This document shows positions 18,442 to 27,160 of a stretch of 64,000 nucleotides of DNA, piece by piece. Made by a program: the position numbers and the translations under genes. The stretch is from a virus. Position 1 is the first letter of the stretch. Each line of letters begins with the position of its first letter. Where the stretch lies: the IMG/VR virus record IMGVR_UViG_3300010334_006426, positions 1-64,000 of that record; one strand, written 5' to 3'. A model generated the notes under the pieces. It ran no database searches. It saw nothing but the letters and a program-made list of their open reading frames with translations, and was not told where the DNA came from.

Positions 18442-18830
18442 TACACGCTAGGAGTTGTAGGCGTGGTTGGCGCTTGAGGTGTAGCAGCTTTTTGCAAATC
18501 TGTTACAACCTTAGTAATATTGTCAACTGCTTTAGAGCTAACATCTGTTAGCTGCTTTTTAGCATCAGTAATCTTTTTTGTTACATCTGTTTTTAATTTT
18601 TGAACTTCAGGATCATCTTTAAGTACATCCATTGCTTTCATGAGAGCATTAACAACTCCGCCTGTAGGAGTCATGCCTGCAGCTGTGGTTGCAACGCTCT
18701 GTACGGTTTGAGCAACACTAGGAGTTGCGGGAGTAACCGCTGGAGTTGCGGTATATTCCTTTAACCATTGAGGCTTATCTAAACTAAGCTCTTCATACTT
18801 TGCTTGCAACATGTTTAAGAATTTCATCAT
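18441..18830 (-). CDS. Hypothetical late protein
   Basis: ATAAATA upstream; T/P/A-rich with a coiled coil. Confidence 0.65.
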   Translation of the reverse strand: MMKFLNMLQAKYEELSLDKPQWLKEYTATPAVTPATPSVAQTVQSVATTAAGMTPTGGVVNALMKAMDVLKDDPEVQKLKTDVTKKITDAKKQLTDVSSKAVDNITKVVTDLQKAATPQAPTTPTTPSV

Positions 18831-18836
18831 CTATAT

Positions 18837-19355
18837 TTATGTTATAAATAACCCTAGTTTCATATTAAAATTATTATCTATATCTGATGATGATGTAATA
18901 TTGTACTTTACTAGCATTGCCTTTAACTTCTCTACATTAGGATGTTTCTTGGCCCTATTAAAGACCTTAAATACTTTTATTCTAGCCTCTTTGCCTTCGC
19001 CCTTGCAGCAATTTACAATAACCTCAAATTCAGCAATACTAATTTTTTCGTATAAATATGTAAGTGACAATATTTTAGCTACTCTTATAAAAGTAGAGTA
19101 AAAGAAATTAAAATAATCTTTGAACTCCTCTAATTTTGCAGATTTTGACGTATAAAACAACAATTTCTGATGCTTATTTTTATCTATAACGTTAAAGATA
19201 CTATTACAAATTCTAAGCACTATAAAGCTTTTAATAAGTTTAGATTTATTCTGCAAACAGAATTTACTATTATCTTCAGAGACACTACTTTCTACTCTTT
19301 CTAAAATGTTATCTACATTAATTATCTTAACGCTGCAACCCTGAACGTATGACAT
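18837..19355 (-). CDS. Hypothetical early/middle protein
   Basis: TTGATA-N17-TATAAT-N6-ATG upstream. Confidence 0.6.
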   Translation of the reverse strand: MSYVQGCSVKIINVDNILERVESSVSEDNSKFCLQNKSKLIKSFIVLRICNSIFNVIDKNKHQKLLFYTSKSAKLEEFKDYFNFFYSTFIRVAKILSLTYLYEKISIAEFEVIVNCCKGEGKEARIKVFKVFNRAKKHPNVEKLKAMLVKYNITSSSDIDNNFNMKLGLFIT

Positions 19356-19373
19356 AATTTTATTATAAAGGAA

Positions 19374-19796
19374 TTATTTTTTGTTATCAATAAAATTCTT
19401 TGGCGGTGAGCCTATTCTTACGTTTAGGATGCCATTGTAATATTCCTCTCTAAGTATGACATCTTTTTCTATTTGCTCTTTTATCTCTCTATAGCCTAAT
19501 TCCCACTTAGAGTCACAGAAGTGTAGTATTGTAAATTCAAAATTTTCTTTACCATACTTTACTATATCCTCATTAAGCTCAACTGATGACCCTGTGTAAG
19601 ACTTCCAATCTGTTTCTTTTATCTCATGTCTTTTATTCTTCTTACCTTTTAACGGCGGCCGCTTTAATGTAGTTATGCACTGTTTTTTACCAATGTATTT
19701 TCGTTTAGTTACAAGATTTTGAATTTCGTATATAAAGCCAAAAGCATTTTCTTTAAAGGTAACTCTGTGGCCTAATTTCCAATGTCCTAAATTCAC
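19374..19796 (-). CDS. GIY-YIG family endonuclease
   Basis: GFIYEIQN..RKYIGKK, YTGSS, E..EQ, YYN. Confidence 0.75.
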   Translation of the reverse strand: MNLGHWKLGHRVTFKENAFGFIYEIQNLVTKRKYIGKKQCITTLKRPPLKGKKNKRHEIKETDWKSYTGSSVELNEDIVKYGKENFEFTILHFCDSKWELGYREIKEQIEKDVILREEYYNGILNVRIGSPPKNFIDNKK

Positions 19797-19799
19797 CGA

Positions 19800-20021
19800 C
19801 TATTTAATCAGCGGCCGTCTTTGTACAACTATTTTACGTTTTTTGCCAATTTTTTTAGCTCCGAGTGCTACAGGGACCCTACTATCTCCAGGTGCATAGA
19901 AATCCGTATTACCAACAGCACCGCCATGGCCCATTGACGTTGCAGTACCAAAAACACCACCGTCACCAGCAGCATTCATTTCATAAAAAAATGTTTTAAA
20001 TGTCTTATACTTGATTATCAT
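19800..20021 (-). CDS. Small hypothetical protein with tag-like N-terminus
   Basis: KTFKTFFYE followed by a Gly-rich segment and basic tail. Confidence 0.55.
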   Translation of the reverse strand: MIIKYKTFKTFFYEMNAAGDGGVFGTATSMGHGGAVGNTDFYAPGDSRVPVALGAKKIGKKRKIVVQRRPLIK

Positions 20022-20044
20022 AGACGTTATCTTATTATTTATGA

Positions 20045-20440
20045 ATGGATCAGCTCAATCTATATATAAAAGAATTAGAAGAGGACGTTAAGCTAGATGA
20101 GTTAAATCTTAAGGAAGCAGCATTAATGTTACCTGCACGCAAAGCCAAATGGGTTTCTAGGTTAATTATAGAAAAAAATAATTTAAATGAATTAATAAAA
20201 AAGAAAAATAAAATTATTAGTGAAGTTGTAGAGACTATCAAAAAAGAATCAGCAGTTAGATTGACATTACCGGTTTTAGAGAAAGCAGCCGAAAGGCATA
20301 CTGTAGTTTCTGATATTGCTATGGAAATTTCTAAAAGAGAAAACATAATAGAATTTTTAGAGCGTGTAGAAAAAACAATCCATAGCATAGGGTTTGATTT
20401 AAAAAACTTGATTGAAATTATCAAGATGGAGACCTCTTGA
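20045..20440 (+). CDS. uvsY: UvsY-like recombination mediator
   Basis: Size, helical pattern, C-terminal GFDLKNLIE, adjacent to uvsW. Confidence 0.7.
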   Translation: MDQLNLYIKELEEDVKLDELNLKEAALMLPARKAKWVSRLIIEKNNLNELIKKKNKIISEVVETIKKESAVRLTLPVLEKAAERHTVVSDIAMEISKRENIIEFLERVEKTIHSIGFDLKNLIEIIKMETS

Positions 20441-21918
20441 TGGTAAATTTTGAGTTAGATAAAACTGGCAAATACGGATACATTGCAGGTGATCACATAA
20501 ACGATATAAGAGAATTTTTCTCTGTAAAAAACGAGGGCGCTAGATTTGCTAGAATGAAAGGTAGGTTTATTCCATCTAGAACCTACGCTATTACACCTGG
20601 TGGGCGAATTGACCCTTGCTTATTCTATGAAATTACTAAATTTCTTCTTCAGAATAATTATTGCAAGCAAGATCAAATTAGAGCATCTAGCGATTTCCTA
20701 AATGTCATTTTACCAGCACAATCAAGTTATCATAAAAATATTTCTTACTCTAAGGAGCCTTTCAACAATTTAACGCTACAACTTAGAGATTATCAAAAAT
20801 CTGTAGTTACAAAATGCTTAGAGTCAGGCAGAGGGGTAGTTGTACTGGCGACTGCGGGCGGTAAGACTCTTATTATGGCCTCCCTTTTATCTAACTTTTT
20901 TCATTTTAAAAATAATTTTAAGTGTTTAGTTATCGTACCCGACCTTGGATTAGTTGAACAAACATTTTCTGACTTTAATAATTATGGTGTACCTTTTAAA
21001 GTTAGACGGTGGACAGGTTCGCATCAATTAGAACATAATAAGAATGATTCGTCTAATGTTATTGTTGCTAACTTAGGTATACTGCAGTCAGATAACTCAG
21101 ATTTATCCTGGCTTGAAGATATAGATTTAATAATAATTGATGAAGTTCATAAGCTAAGAAGAGGTAATAAAATAAATGACATATTAAAAGGAATTAAAAC
21201 TAATATTCGTTTTGGGTTTACAGGTACTATGCCGGAAGATAAACTAGATCAATGGAATATAATAGGTAAAATCGGGCCTATAATTTACGAGAAAAACAGC
21301 TTTCAACTTAGAACCGAAAAATATATATCTAATGTAACCGCTAATATATTAGAAGTTACCTATAATAGTACACCGCCAACAGTAAAAGATATTGTTAACC
21401 CAGCGGAAAAATATAGAATTGAACTTGAATTTTTGTTTACCAATTTATTCAGAAACAATACTTTAGCGGTATTGTGTAATAACGCGCCAAATAATGTATT
21501 GGTATTAATAGATTATATTAAGCACGGGCAAGAACTATATGAGCATTTAACTAAATTTTGTAATAGAAAGCAAATATTTTTTATAAGAGGCGAAGTTGAG
21601 GTTTCAGATAGAGAGGAAGTAAAAAATTTAATGGAAAAAAGTAGCAATGTCGTCTGTATTGCCATAAGTAAAATATTCAGCACAGGGGTAAATATTAAGA
21701 ATTTACATTTTATTGTTTTTGCAGGAGGCGGCAAGGCCAAGATAAAAACAATTCAAAGTATAGGCAGAGGGCTACGCTTACATGAAAGTAAGGATAAGCT
21801 ATATATTTTTGACATAGCAGATCAGTTAACATATGGTAAACGGCATCAATTAAAGCGGCAGCAACTCTATGATATGGAAAAAATTCCATATTCGGTAAAA
21901 AAAATAACTGAAAAATAA
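20437..21918 (+). CDS. uvsW: UvsW SF2 DNA helicase
   Basis: LRDYQ, ATAGGKT, DEVH, GFTGT, FSTGVNIKNLH, QSIGRGLR. Confidence 0.92.
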   Translation: MMVNFELDKTGKYGYIAGDHINDIREFFSVKNEGARFARMKGRFIPSRTYAITPGGRIDPCLFYEITKFLLQNNYCKQDQIRASSDFLNVILPAQSSYHKNISYSKEPFNNLTLQLRDYQKSVVTKCLESGRGVVVLATAGGKTLIMASLLSNFFHFKNNFKCLVIVPDLGLVEQTFSDFNNYGVPFKVRRWTGSHQLEHNKNDSSNVIVANLGILQSDNSDLSWLEDIDLIIIDEVHKLRRGNKINDILKGIKTNIRFGFTGTMPEDKLDQWNIIGKIGPIIYEKNSFQLRTEKYISNVTANILEVTYNSTPPTVKDIVNPAEKYRIELEFLFTNLFRNNTLAVLCNNAPNNVLVLIDYIKHGQELYEHLTKFCNRKQIFFIRGEVEVSDREEVKNLMEKSSNVVCIAISKIFSTGVNIKNLHFIVFAGGGKAKIKTIQSIGRGLRLHESKDKLYIFDIADQLTYGKRHQLKRQQLYDMEKIPYSVKKITEK

Positions 21919-21921
21919 TTT

Positions 21922-22521
21922 ATGAAAAACGCTAAAAATAAAAAACCTAAAATAACTTCTAAACAGAAAGATGTCAAGGGGGATGAATTGCCACCTGAAT
22001 TAACTGATTTAAAATCTGTTATCGGTACAATCCCTAAGGAAGGCAAGCCCGTACCTGGTAAGAAATTAAAACCATCAGAAAAACCTCATTATGTTAATAG
22101 TAAGCAATTTGAAGAGGAAATTAAAATATATTATCAAACCGATAACATGACTGAATATTTAGCAGATGCTATAAGACGAATTGCTTATGGTCTATCGTTT
22201 GCTCCTAATTTTATTAATTATTCATATAGAGATGAAATGATTGGTGATGCTGTAGTAAAGATGTACCAAGCATTAAAGTACAAAAAATTTAAGCTTGACC
22301 AAGGGTTCAGTCCTTTTAGTTACTTTACAACTATTGCATTTCATGCATTTATAAGTCGTATTAAAAAAGAAAAAAAGCATCATCAATTAATAGTAGACTA
22401 TAGGGAGCGAAATTACGACAGTCTTATCAATAAAGACGAGGCGGACACCGGGATACGCGTTTACACCAGTGAAGGTGGTGGAGGTATGGATAACAGCCTC
22501 TATAATGAGAGTAATGCCTAA
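21922..22521 (+). CDS. gp55: Late-transcription sigma factor gp55
   Basis: HYVN, PNFINYSYRDEMIGDA, PFSYFTTIAFHAFI.RIKKEKK. Confidence 0.9.
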   Translation: MKNAKNKKPKITSKQKDVKGDELPPELTDLKSVIGTIPKEGKPVPGKKLKPSEKPHYVNSKQFEEEIKIYYQTDNMTEYLADAIRRIAYGLSFAPNFINYSYRDEMIGDAVVKMYQALKYKKFKLDQGFSPFSYFTTIAFHAFISRIKKEKKHHQLIVDYRERNYDSLINKDEADTGIRVYTSEGGGGMDNSLYNESNA

Positions 22522-23554
22522 TAGTCAGATTGCTATATTCTCCGATTTACATCTTGGTGTTCATATGAACAGCCAAGTATGGCATGACGTTTCTTTGAAC
22601 TGGGCTAAGTGGATTACAGAAGAACTTAAATCCAAAAACATTAAAGAAATAATATTTTGTGGAGATTTTTTTCATAGTCGTAGCGAAATTACCGTTAACA
22701 CCCTACATCACGCAAGTACAATATTAGAGTATTTTAAGGACTTTAAATTGTATATGTTAGCGGGTAATCACGATTCATTTTATAAAAATAATTGCACCGT
22801 TAATAGTATCCGCATTTTCTACGGCCGTGATAATATTATTATTGTAGATAGACCTACCTTACTGCAAATTGGCGGTAAAGAATGTTTTTTTGCACCGTGG
22901 GGTACAGAATTAAGCGAAATACAAGATTGTGATATAGTGTTTGGTCATTTTGAAATTGAAACATTTAAAATGAATACCTTTAAAGTATGTGAAGGCGGTT
23001 TTAAGTCGCAGGATTTATTAAAGTTTGCTCCTCTTGTTATTTCAGGTCACTTTCATTTAAGAGAAGAAAGAAAATATAGCAACGGCACAGTTCTATATGT
23101 TGGTTGTCCATTTGAATTAGATTTTGGCGATGAAGGGTCTACTAAAGGGTATTATATTTTAGATATGAACAAAGCGAGCTATGATTTTTACCCCAACGAT
23201 ATATCACCTCGTCATATAAAGATAAATCTTTCCGATCTTATAAAAATTGAAAATTTTACTGAAGCTGGTAGAACAGTTCTCGGAAATAATATTATCAAGC
23301 TCGGTTTAGATAAAAACATATCTGCTCAAGATTTAGAGAAATTAACAATTAAACTTCATAACTTTAAACCATTGAATTTAGTTGTAGATAACAGTATAGA
23401 GTTTGACAAGTTCGGAGCAGATTTGGAGTCTAATATAGATCTTAGCGGGGTAGATATTGCTAAGGCTATTACAGACTTTGTTCAAATGTTAGATATAGAC
23501 AATAAAAAAGATGTTGTTGAATATACTGTATCCTTATACAACCAGTGTAAATGA
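22514..23554 (+). CDS. gp47: Recombination endonuclease gp47 (Mre11/SbcD-like)
   Basis: SDLHLG, GDFF, GNHD, GHFE, SGHFH; start reassigned to ATG 22514. Confidence 0.9.
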   Translation: MPNSQIAIFSDLHLGVHMNSQVWHDVSLNWAKWITEELKSKNIKEIIFCGDFFHSRSEITVNTLHHASTILEYFKDFKLYMLAGNHDSFYKNNCTVNSIRIFYGRDNIIIVDRPTLLQIGGKECFFAPWGTELSEIQDCDIVFGHFEIETFKMNTFKVCEGGFKSQDLLKFAPLVISGHFHLREERKYSNGTVLYVGCPFELDFGDEGSTKGYYILDMNKASYDFYPNDISPRHIKINLSDLIKIENFTEAGRTVLGNNIIKLGLDKNISAQDLEKLTIKLHNFKPLNLVVDNSIEFDKFGADLESNIDLSGVDIAKAITDFVQMLDIDNKKDVVEYTVSLYNQCK

Positions 23555-25356
23555 AGAAAATAATTTTTAATACATTAACAATAAAGAATTTTCTTAGCAT
23601 AGGTGAAACCCCTGTTAAGATTAATTTTAAGTCAGGGTTACACGGTATTACTGGTATAAACAAAGATCAATTTGATAGAAGGAATGGTGTAGGTAAGAGT
23701 ACTATACCTGATGCATTATATTTTGCCCTGTTCGGGACCACAATAAGAGAGCTCAAAAAAGAATTTATTATAAACAATATTACTGGTAAAACTTGTGAAG
23801 TTTCTCTATTGTTTAGTATTATTAAAGGTAAAGAAAAAACTAATTACGAAATCATCAGAACACTCGAGCCCAGTAAGTGTATGCTGTATCAGAATGATAG
23901 AGATATAACACGTGATAGTATTGTTAATACTACCCAATATATTTGTGAACTAATTCAATGTACACCAGAAATATTTCAAAACTGTGTTATTATGACGGTG
24001 AATAACACAGTGCCTTTTATGGCTAAGAAAAAAACTGAAAAGCGTAAATTTATTGAAGGTATTTTTAATCTTGAAATTTTTAGTAAAATGCTTTTGCAGT
24101 TACGCGATGAATATAACGAGGTCAAAAAGACGTTAGACGTAGAAAACGCAAAGCAAGAGGAGGTTGAAACATCAGTAGCAACATTAATGCAACAAAAAGA
24201 AAAAACACACCGGGAGTATGAAGATAGAAAAAATACTCTATTAAAAAGAAAAGACGATATAACAAAAGAAATATTTAGTATAAATGAAAGAATTTCTAGT
24301 TTTACTCCTATTAATGAAGATGAGGTTAATAAAAATCTTAACCTTTTAGCAAATAAATTACAGGAATGCGACAATAAAATCCATGAGCTAGGCAAAAATA
24401 TTGCTGCGTTAGAAACAAAGAATGAATTTGTTGTTGGATCTTTAGCTAAAATAGGTACAGAAGACGATATATGCCCTACTTGCTTGAGACAGGTAGAGGA
24501 CCAGGATAAGCAGCATATTCATAAAACTATCACAGTCTATAAGACCGAATTAAAGCAAAGAGAGTCTGAAATACGGGGGTTTGAGTCAAAGTTATCCGAG
24601 ATGAATACACTTAAAGCGAAAATAGTTGATGCCATTAAGAAGGGTCAAAATAGTATTAGTAAGAATAATTTGCTAAAACAACAGCATAAAAATGATTTGG
24701 AAAAAATTAAGCAAATAGATGAATTAAATGGGCAGATAGAGCAAGACCTTAAGCATTTAAGTGATAGTAGTACAACGATGGATAATTTAATTACCGATAC
24801 TGAAGATAAGCTTACAAAGATAAAAGAAAAGACAAATGGGTTAAGAAAAGTTATTAATCTGCTTGATACTGTAAAATTTGTTGTTAGTGAAGAGGGGGTA
24901 AAGAGTTTTATTGTGAAAAGAATTTTAAAGCTGTTTAATAGTAAGCTAGCTTCTTATCTTAAAAGATTAAACTCTAACGCCATTATAACCTTTAATGAAT
25001 ATTTTGAAGATACAATTATTAATGCCAAAGGCAAAGAAACTACTTATTTCAACTTTAGCGGAGCGGAGAGAAAGGTTATTGATTTAGCTATAATGTTTAG
25101 CTTTATAGATATGTTAAGTCTGCAAGGCAATATATATTATAATATTCAATTTTATGATGAGTTACTAGACACTAGTTTAGACGAAGCTGGTGTTGAATTA
25201 GTATTAAGACTATTAGCGGAATTTGTTGAAAAGAACGGTTTCGGTGTATATATAATTACCCATAGAAAGGAATGTTCTAGACTGGTGAGCGGTGAAACAA
25301 TTTATCTCGAAAAACAAAATGGAATTACAACCCTAGGTAAATATATTAACAGTTGA
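23551..25356 (+). CDS. gp46: Recombination ATPase gp46 (Rad50/SbcC-like)
   Basis: KNFLSIG, NGVGKST, CPTC zinc hook, FSGAE, DELLD. Confidence 0.92.
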   Translation: MKKIIFNTLTIKNFLSIGETPVKINFKSGLHGITGINKDQFDRRNGVGKSTIPDALYFALFGTTIRELKKEFIINNITGKTCEVSLLFSIIKGKEKTNYEIIRTLEPSKCMLYQNDRDITRDSIVNTTQYICELIQCTPEIFQNCVIMTVNNTVPFMAKKKTEKRKFIEGIFNLEIFSKMLLQLRDEYNEVKKTLDVENAKQEEVETSVATLMQQKEKTHREYEDRKNTLLKRKDDITKEIFSINERISSFTPINEDEVNKNLNLLANKLQECDNKIHELGKNIAALETKNEFVVGSLAKIGTEDDICPTCLRQVEDQDKQHIHKTITVYKTELKQRESEIRGFESKLSEMNTLKAKIVDAIKKGQNSISKNNLLKQQHKNDLEKIKQIDELNGQIEQDLKHLSDSSTTMDNLITDTEDKLTKIKEKTNGLRKVINLLDTVKFVVSEEGVKSFIVKRILKLFNSKLASYLKRLNSNAIITFNEYFEDTIINAKGKETTYFNFSGAERKVIDLAIMFSFIDMLSLQGNIYYNIQFYDELLDTSLDEAGVELVLRLLAEFVEKNGFGVYIITHRKECSRLVSGETIYLEKQNGITTLGKYINS

Positions 25357-25387
25357 ACTAGTACAAATGATTTATATATAATACAAA
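25353..25387 (+). promoter_or_regulatory. Sigma70-like promoter abutting the glycosyltransferase start
   Basis: TTGAAC ... TATAAT-N5-ATG. Confidence 0.5.
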
Positions 25388-26611
25388 ATGTTCGCTTCTA
25401 ACCCCTTTACCCCGCCGCTTTTACAACATACGCAATACTCTAACCCTATTGCACCTTCACAATCTATTGTACAGGCTGATAATTCATTGCCGCCAGAGGT
25501 CAATTTACCTAGAGTTGTTCAATATTATGCAGATTACTCTGGCTGTGGATTCTGGCGTATGCTTTGGCCTGAGCATTTATTAAATGCCTATGGACATATG
25601 ACAGTTCACGGTAGTACAGTAATGGTTCTCGATCCAAGATGGTACGTAAATGTTAAAGCAGTAAGAGTTCAAAGACAGGCAACTTCATCACAATTGCAGT
25701 TTGTAAAGTTTTTAAAAGAGGTATCCAAGCAGATTGGTTTTAGAATTATTTACGAGATAGATGATTTAGTATTTTGTGAAGATATACCAGATTATAATAA
25801 ATTTAAAACGGCTTTCGTTGATCCTGAGATCAGAAAAAATGCTCAAGAGATAATGTCGTTGTGCGACGAGATTACTGTTACGTGTGATTTCATGAAAGAC
25901 TATTATGCTGAAAAAACAGGGCATAAAAATATTACTGTAATACCTAATTTTCCGCCAAAATTTTGGTTAGGACATTTTTATGATGAAAAGACAATAAGTT
26001 CTAATTACGATATCTATAAAAACAAGCCAAGAATTTTATACGCTGGATCAGGAGCTCATTTTGATGTTGAAAACCGTGTAAACCAAAACGATGACTTTGC
26101 TCATGTTGTTAAAGCTATATATGATACACACAATGAATTTCAGTGGGTATTTTTAGGCGCTTACCCGCTTGCATTGAGACCTTTAATTGAAGCTGGTGTA
26201 GTCGAGTTTCATCCCTGGGTAAATCTTTATAATTATGGTGAGAAAATTAAAAATTTAAGAATTAATATGGTTGTTGCTCCGCTTCAGAACAATACATTCA
26301 ACAAAAGTAAATCAGATTTAAAATGGATCGAAGCTAATTGCTTTGGCTTACCTATTGCCTGCCAGGACTTATGTACATACAAAGATGCTGAGTTTAGGTT
26401 TAAAACAGGCGATGAGATGATTGAGAATATTAGGGAAGTTCTTAGTAAGAAGGGCAGATATATGAATATTTGTTCAGCTGCACGTAAGCAAGCAGATAAG
26501 CGTTGGTTGGAGAATGATGAAAATCTGGCGTGTTATCGCGAACTATTCAGCTTCCCTTACGGAAGTAAAGATAGAGCTCAGCTCAATAGAATTAATAATA
26601 TTAAAGCTTAG
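25388..26611 (+). CDS. GT-B fold glycosyltransferase
   Basis: SGCGFWRM.WP, YEIDD, VIPN, APLQNNTFNKSKSDLKWIEA. Confidence 0.75.
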   Translation: MFASNPFTPPLLQHTQYSNPIAPSQSIVQADNSLPPEVNLPRVVQYYADYSGCGFWRMLWPEHLLNAYGHMTVHGSTVMVLDPRWYVNVKAVRVQRQATSSQLQFVKFLKEVSKQIGFRIIYEIDDLVFCEDIPDYNKFKTAFVDPEIRKNAQEIMSLCDEITVTCDFMKDYYAEKTGHKNITVIPNFPPKFWLGHFYDEKTISSNYDIYKNKPRILYAGSGAHFDVENRVNQNDDFAHVVKAIYDTHNEFQWVFLGAYPLALRPLIEAGVVEFHPWVNLYNYGEKIKNLRINMVVAPLQNNTFNKSKSDLKWIEANCFGLPIACQDLCTYKDAEFRFKTGDEMIENIREVLSKKGRYMNICSAARKQADKRWLENDENLACYRELFSFPYGSKDRAQLNRINNIKA

Positions 26612-26927
26612 TTAAGACTTTAAACAGATAGCAAATACTTGGATAAGTTATAAACGTTAATACAGGTGTAATCAACGTTGCATTAGAAAAAAGTACAAAA
26701 AGTATTCCTACCAAAAGAGAAAGCCAGAAACTCAAACATATCCAACAAGACAATAGCTTACTGAGAAACGGACTCTTAATACACAGATAGTCATCAAACT
26801 CCATATTAATAATAAAGTCTTTGTTAAAGAAAATTTTGCCAAGAGTTATTTTAAGTGGGCTACCAAACCATAATAACAGAAGACTGCAAACAAATAAAGA
26901 ACCTGTAAAAAAATCTATAATGCTCAT
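26601..26927 (-). CDS. Small membrane protein with CxxC (DUF1360-like)
   Basis: Start reassigned to ATG 26927; hydrophobic helices, LLSCWICLSFW. Confidence 0.6.
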   Translation of the reverse strand: MSIIDFFTGSLFVCSLLLLWFGSPLKITLGKIFFNKDFIINMEFDDYLCIKSPFLSKLLSCWICLSFWLSLLVGILFVLFSNATLITPVLTFITYPSICYLFKVLTKL

Positions 26928-27115
26928 TGTATTAACTGTTGCTGTAACCTTGCAATATATTGCTGTCTTAGGTTTCTTTCTGCACAACTCCCACACCCGC
27001 CTTGCTTTCGTACGTTATCAAAATCTTGGCCATACTGATGCCGGAGAGATTCACAGTCCCTGATTTTGTCAGGGCATGGCTTAGTAAAATCAAAGAATTG
27101 CATTATTTCATCCAT
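26924..27115 (-). CDS. Small Cys-containing protein
   Basis: Start reassigned to ATG 27115 (MDEIMQFF); CP..C..GGCGSC; ATGA coupling to the next gene. Confidence 0.6.
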   Translation of the reverse strand: MDEIMQFFDFTKPCPDKIRDCESLRHQYGQDFDNVRKQGGCGSCAERNLRQQYIARLQQQLIQ

Positions 27116-27160
27116 ATAATATATTATTGCTAAAGTAAGAAAATCAATTATTATATATAG

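Noticed and set aside
19374-19796. GIY-YIG gene as a mobile homing endonuclease
   Set aside because: Catalytic domain only, no DNA-binding repeats and no interrupted host gene; more like a resident EndoII-type nuclease
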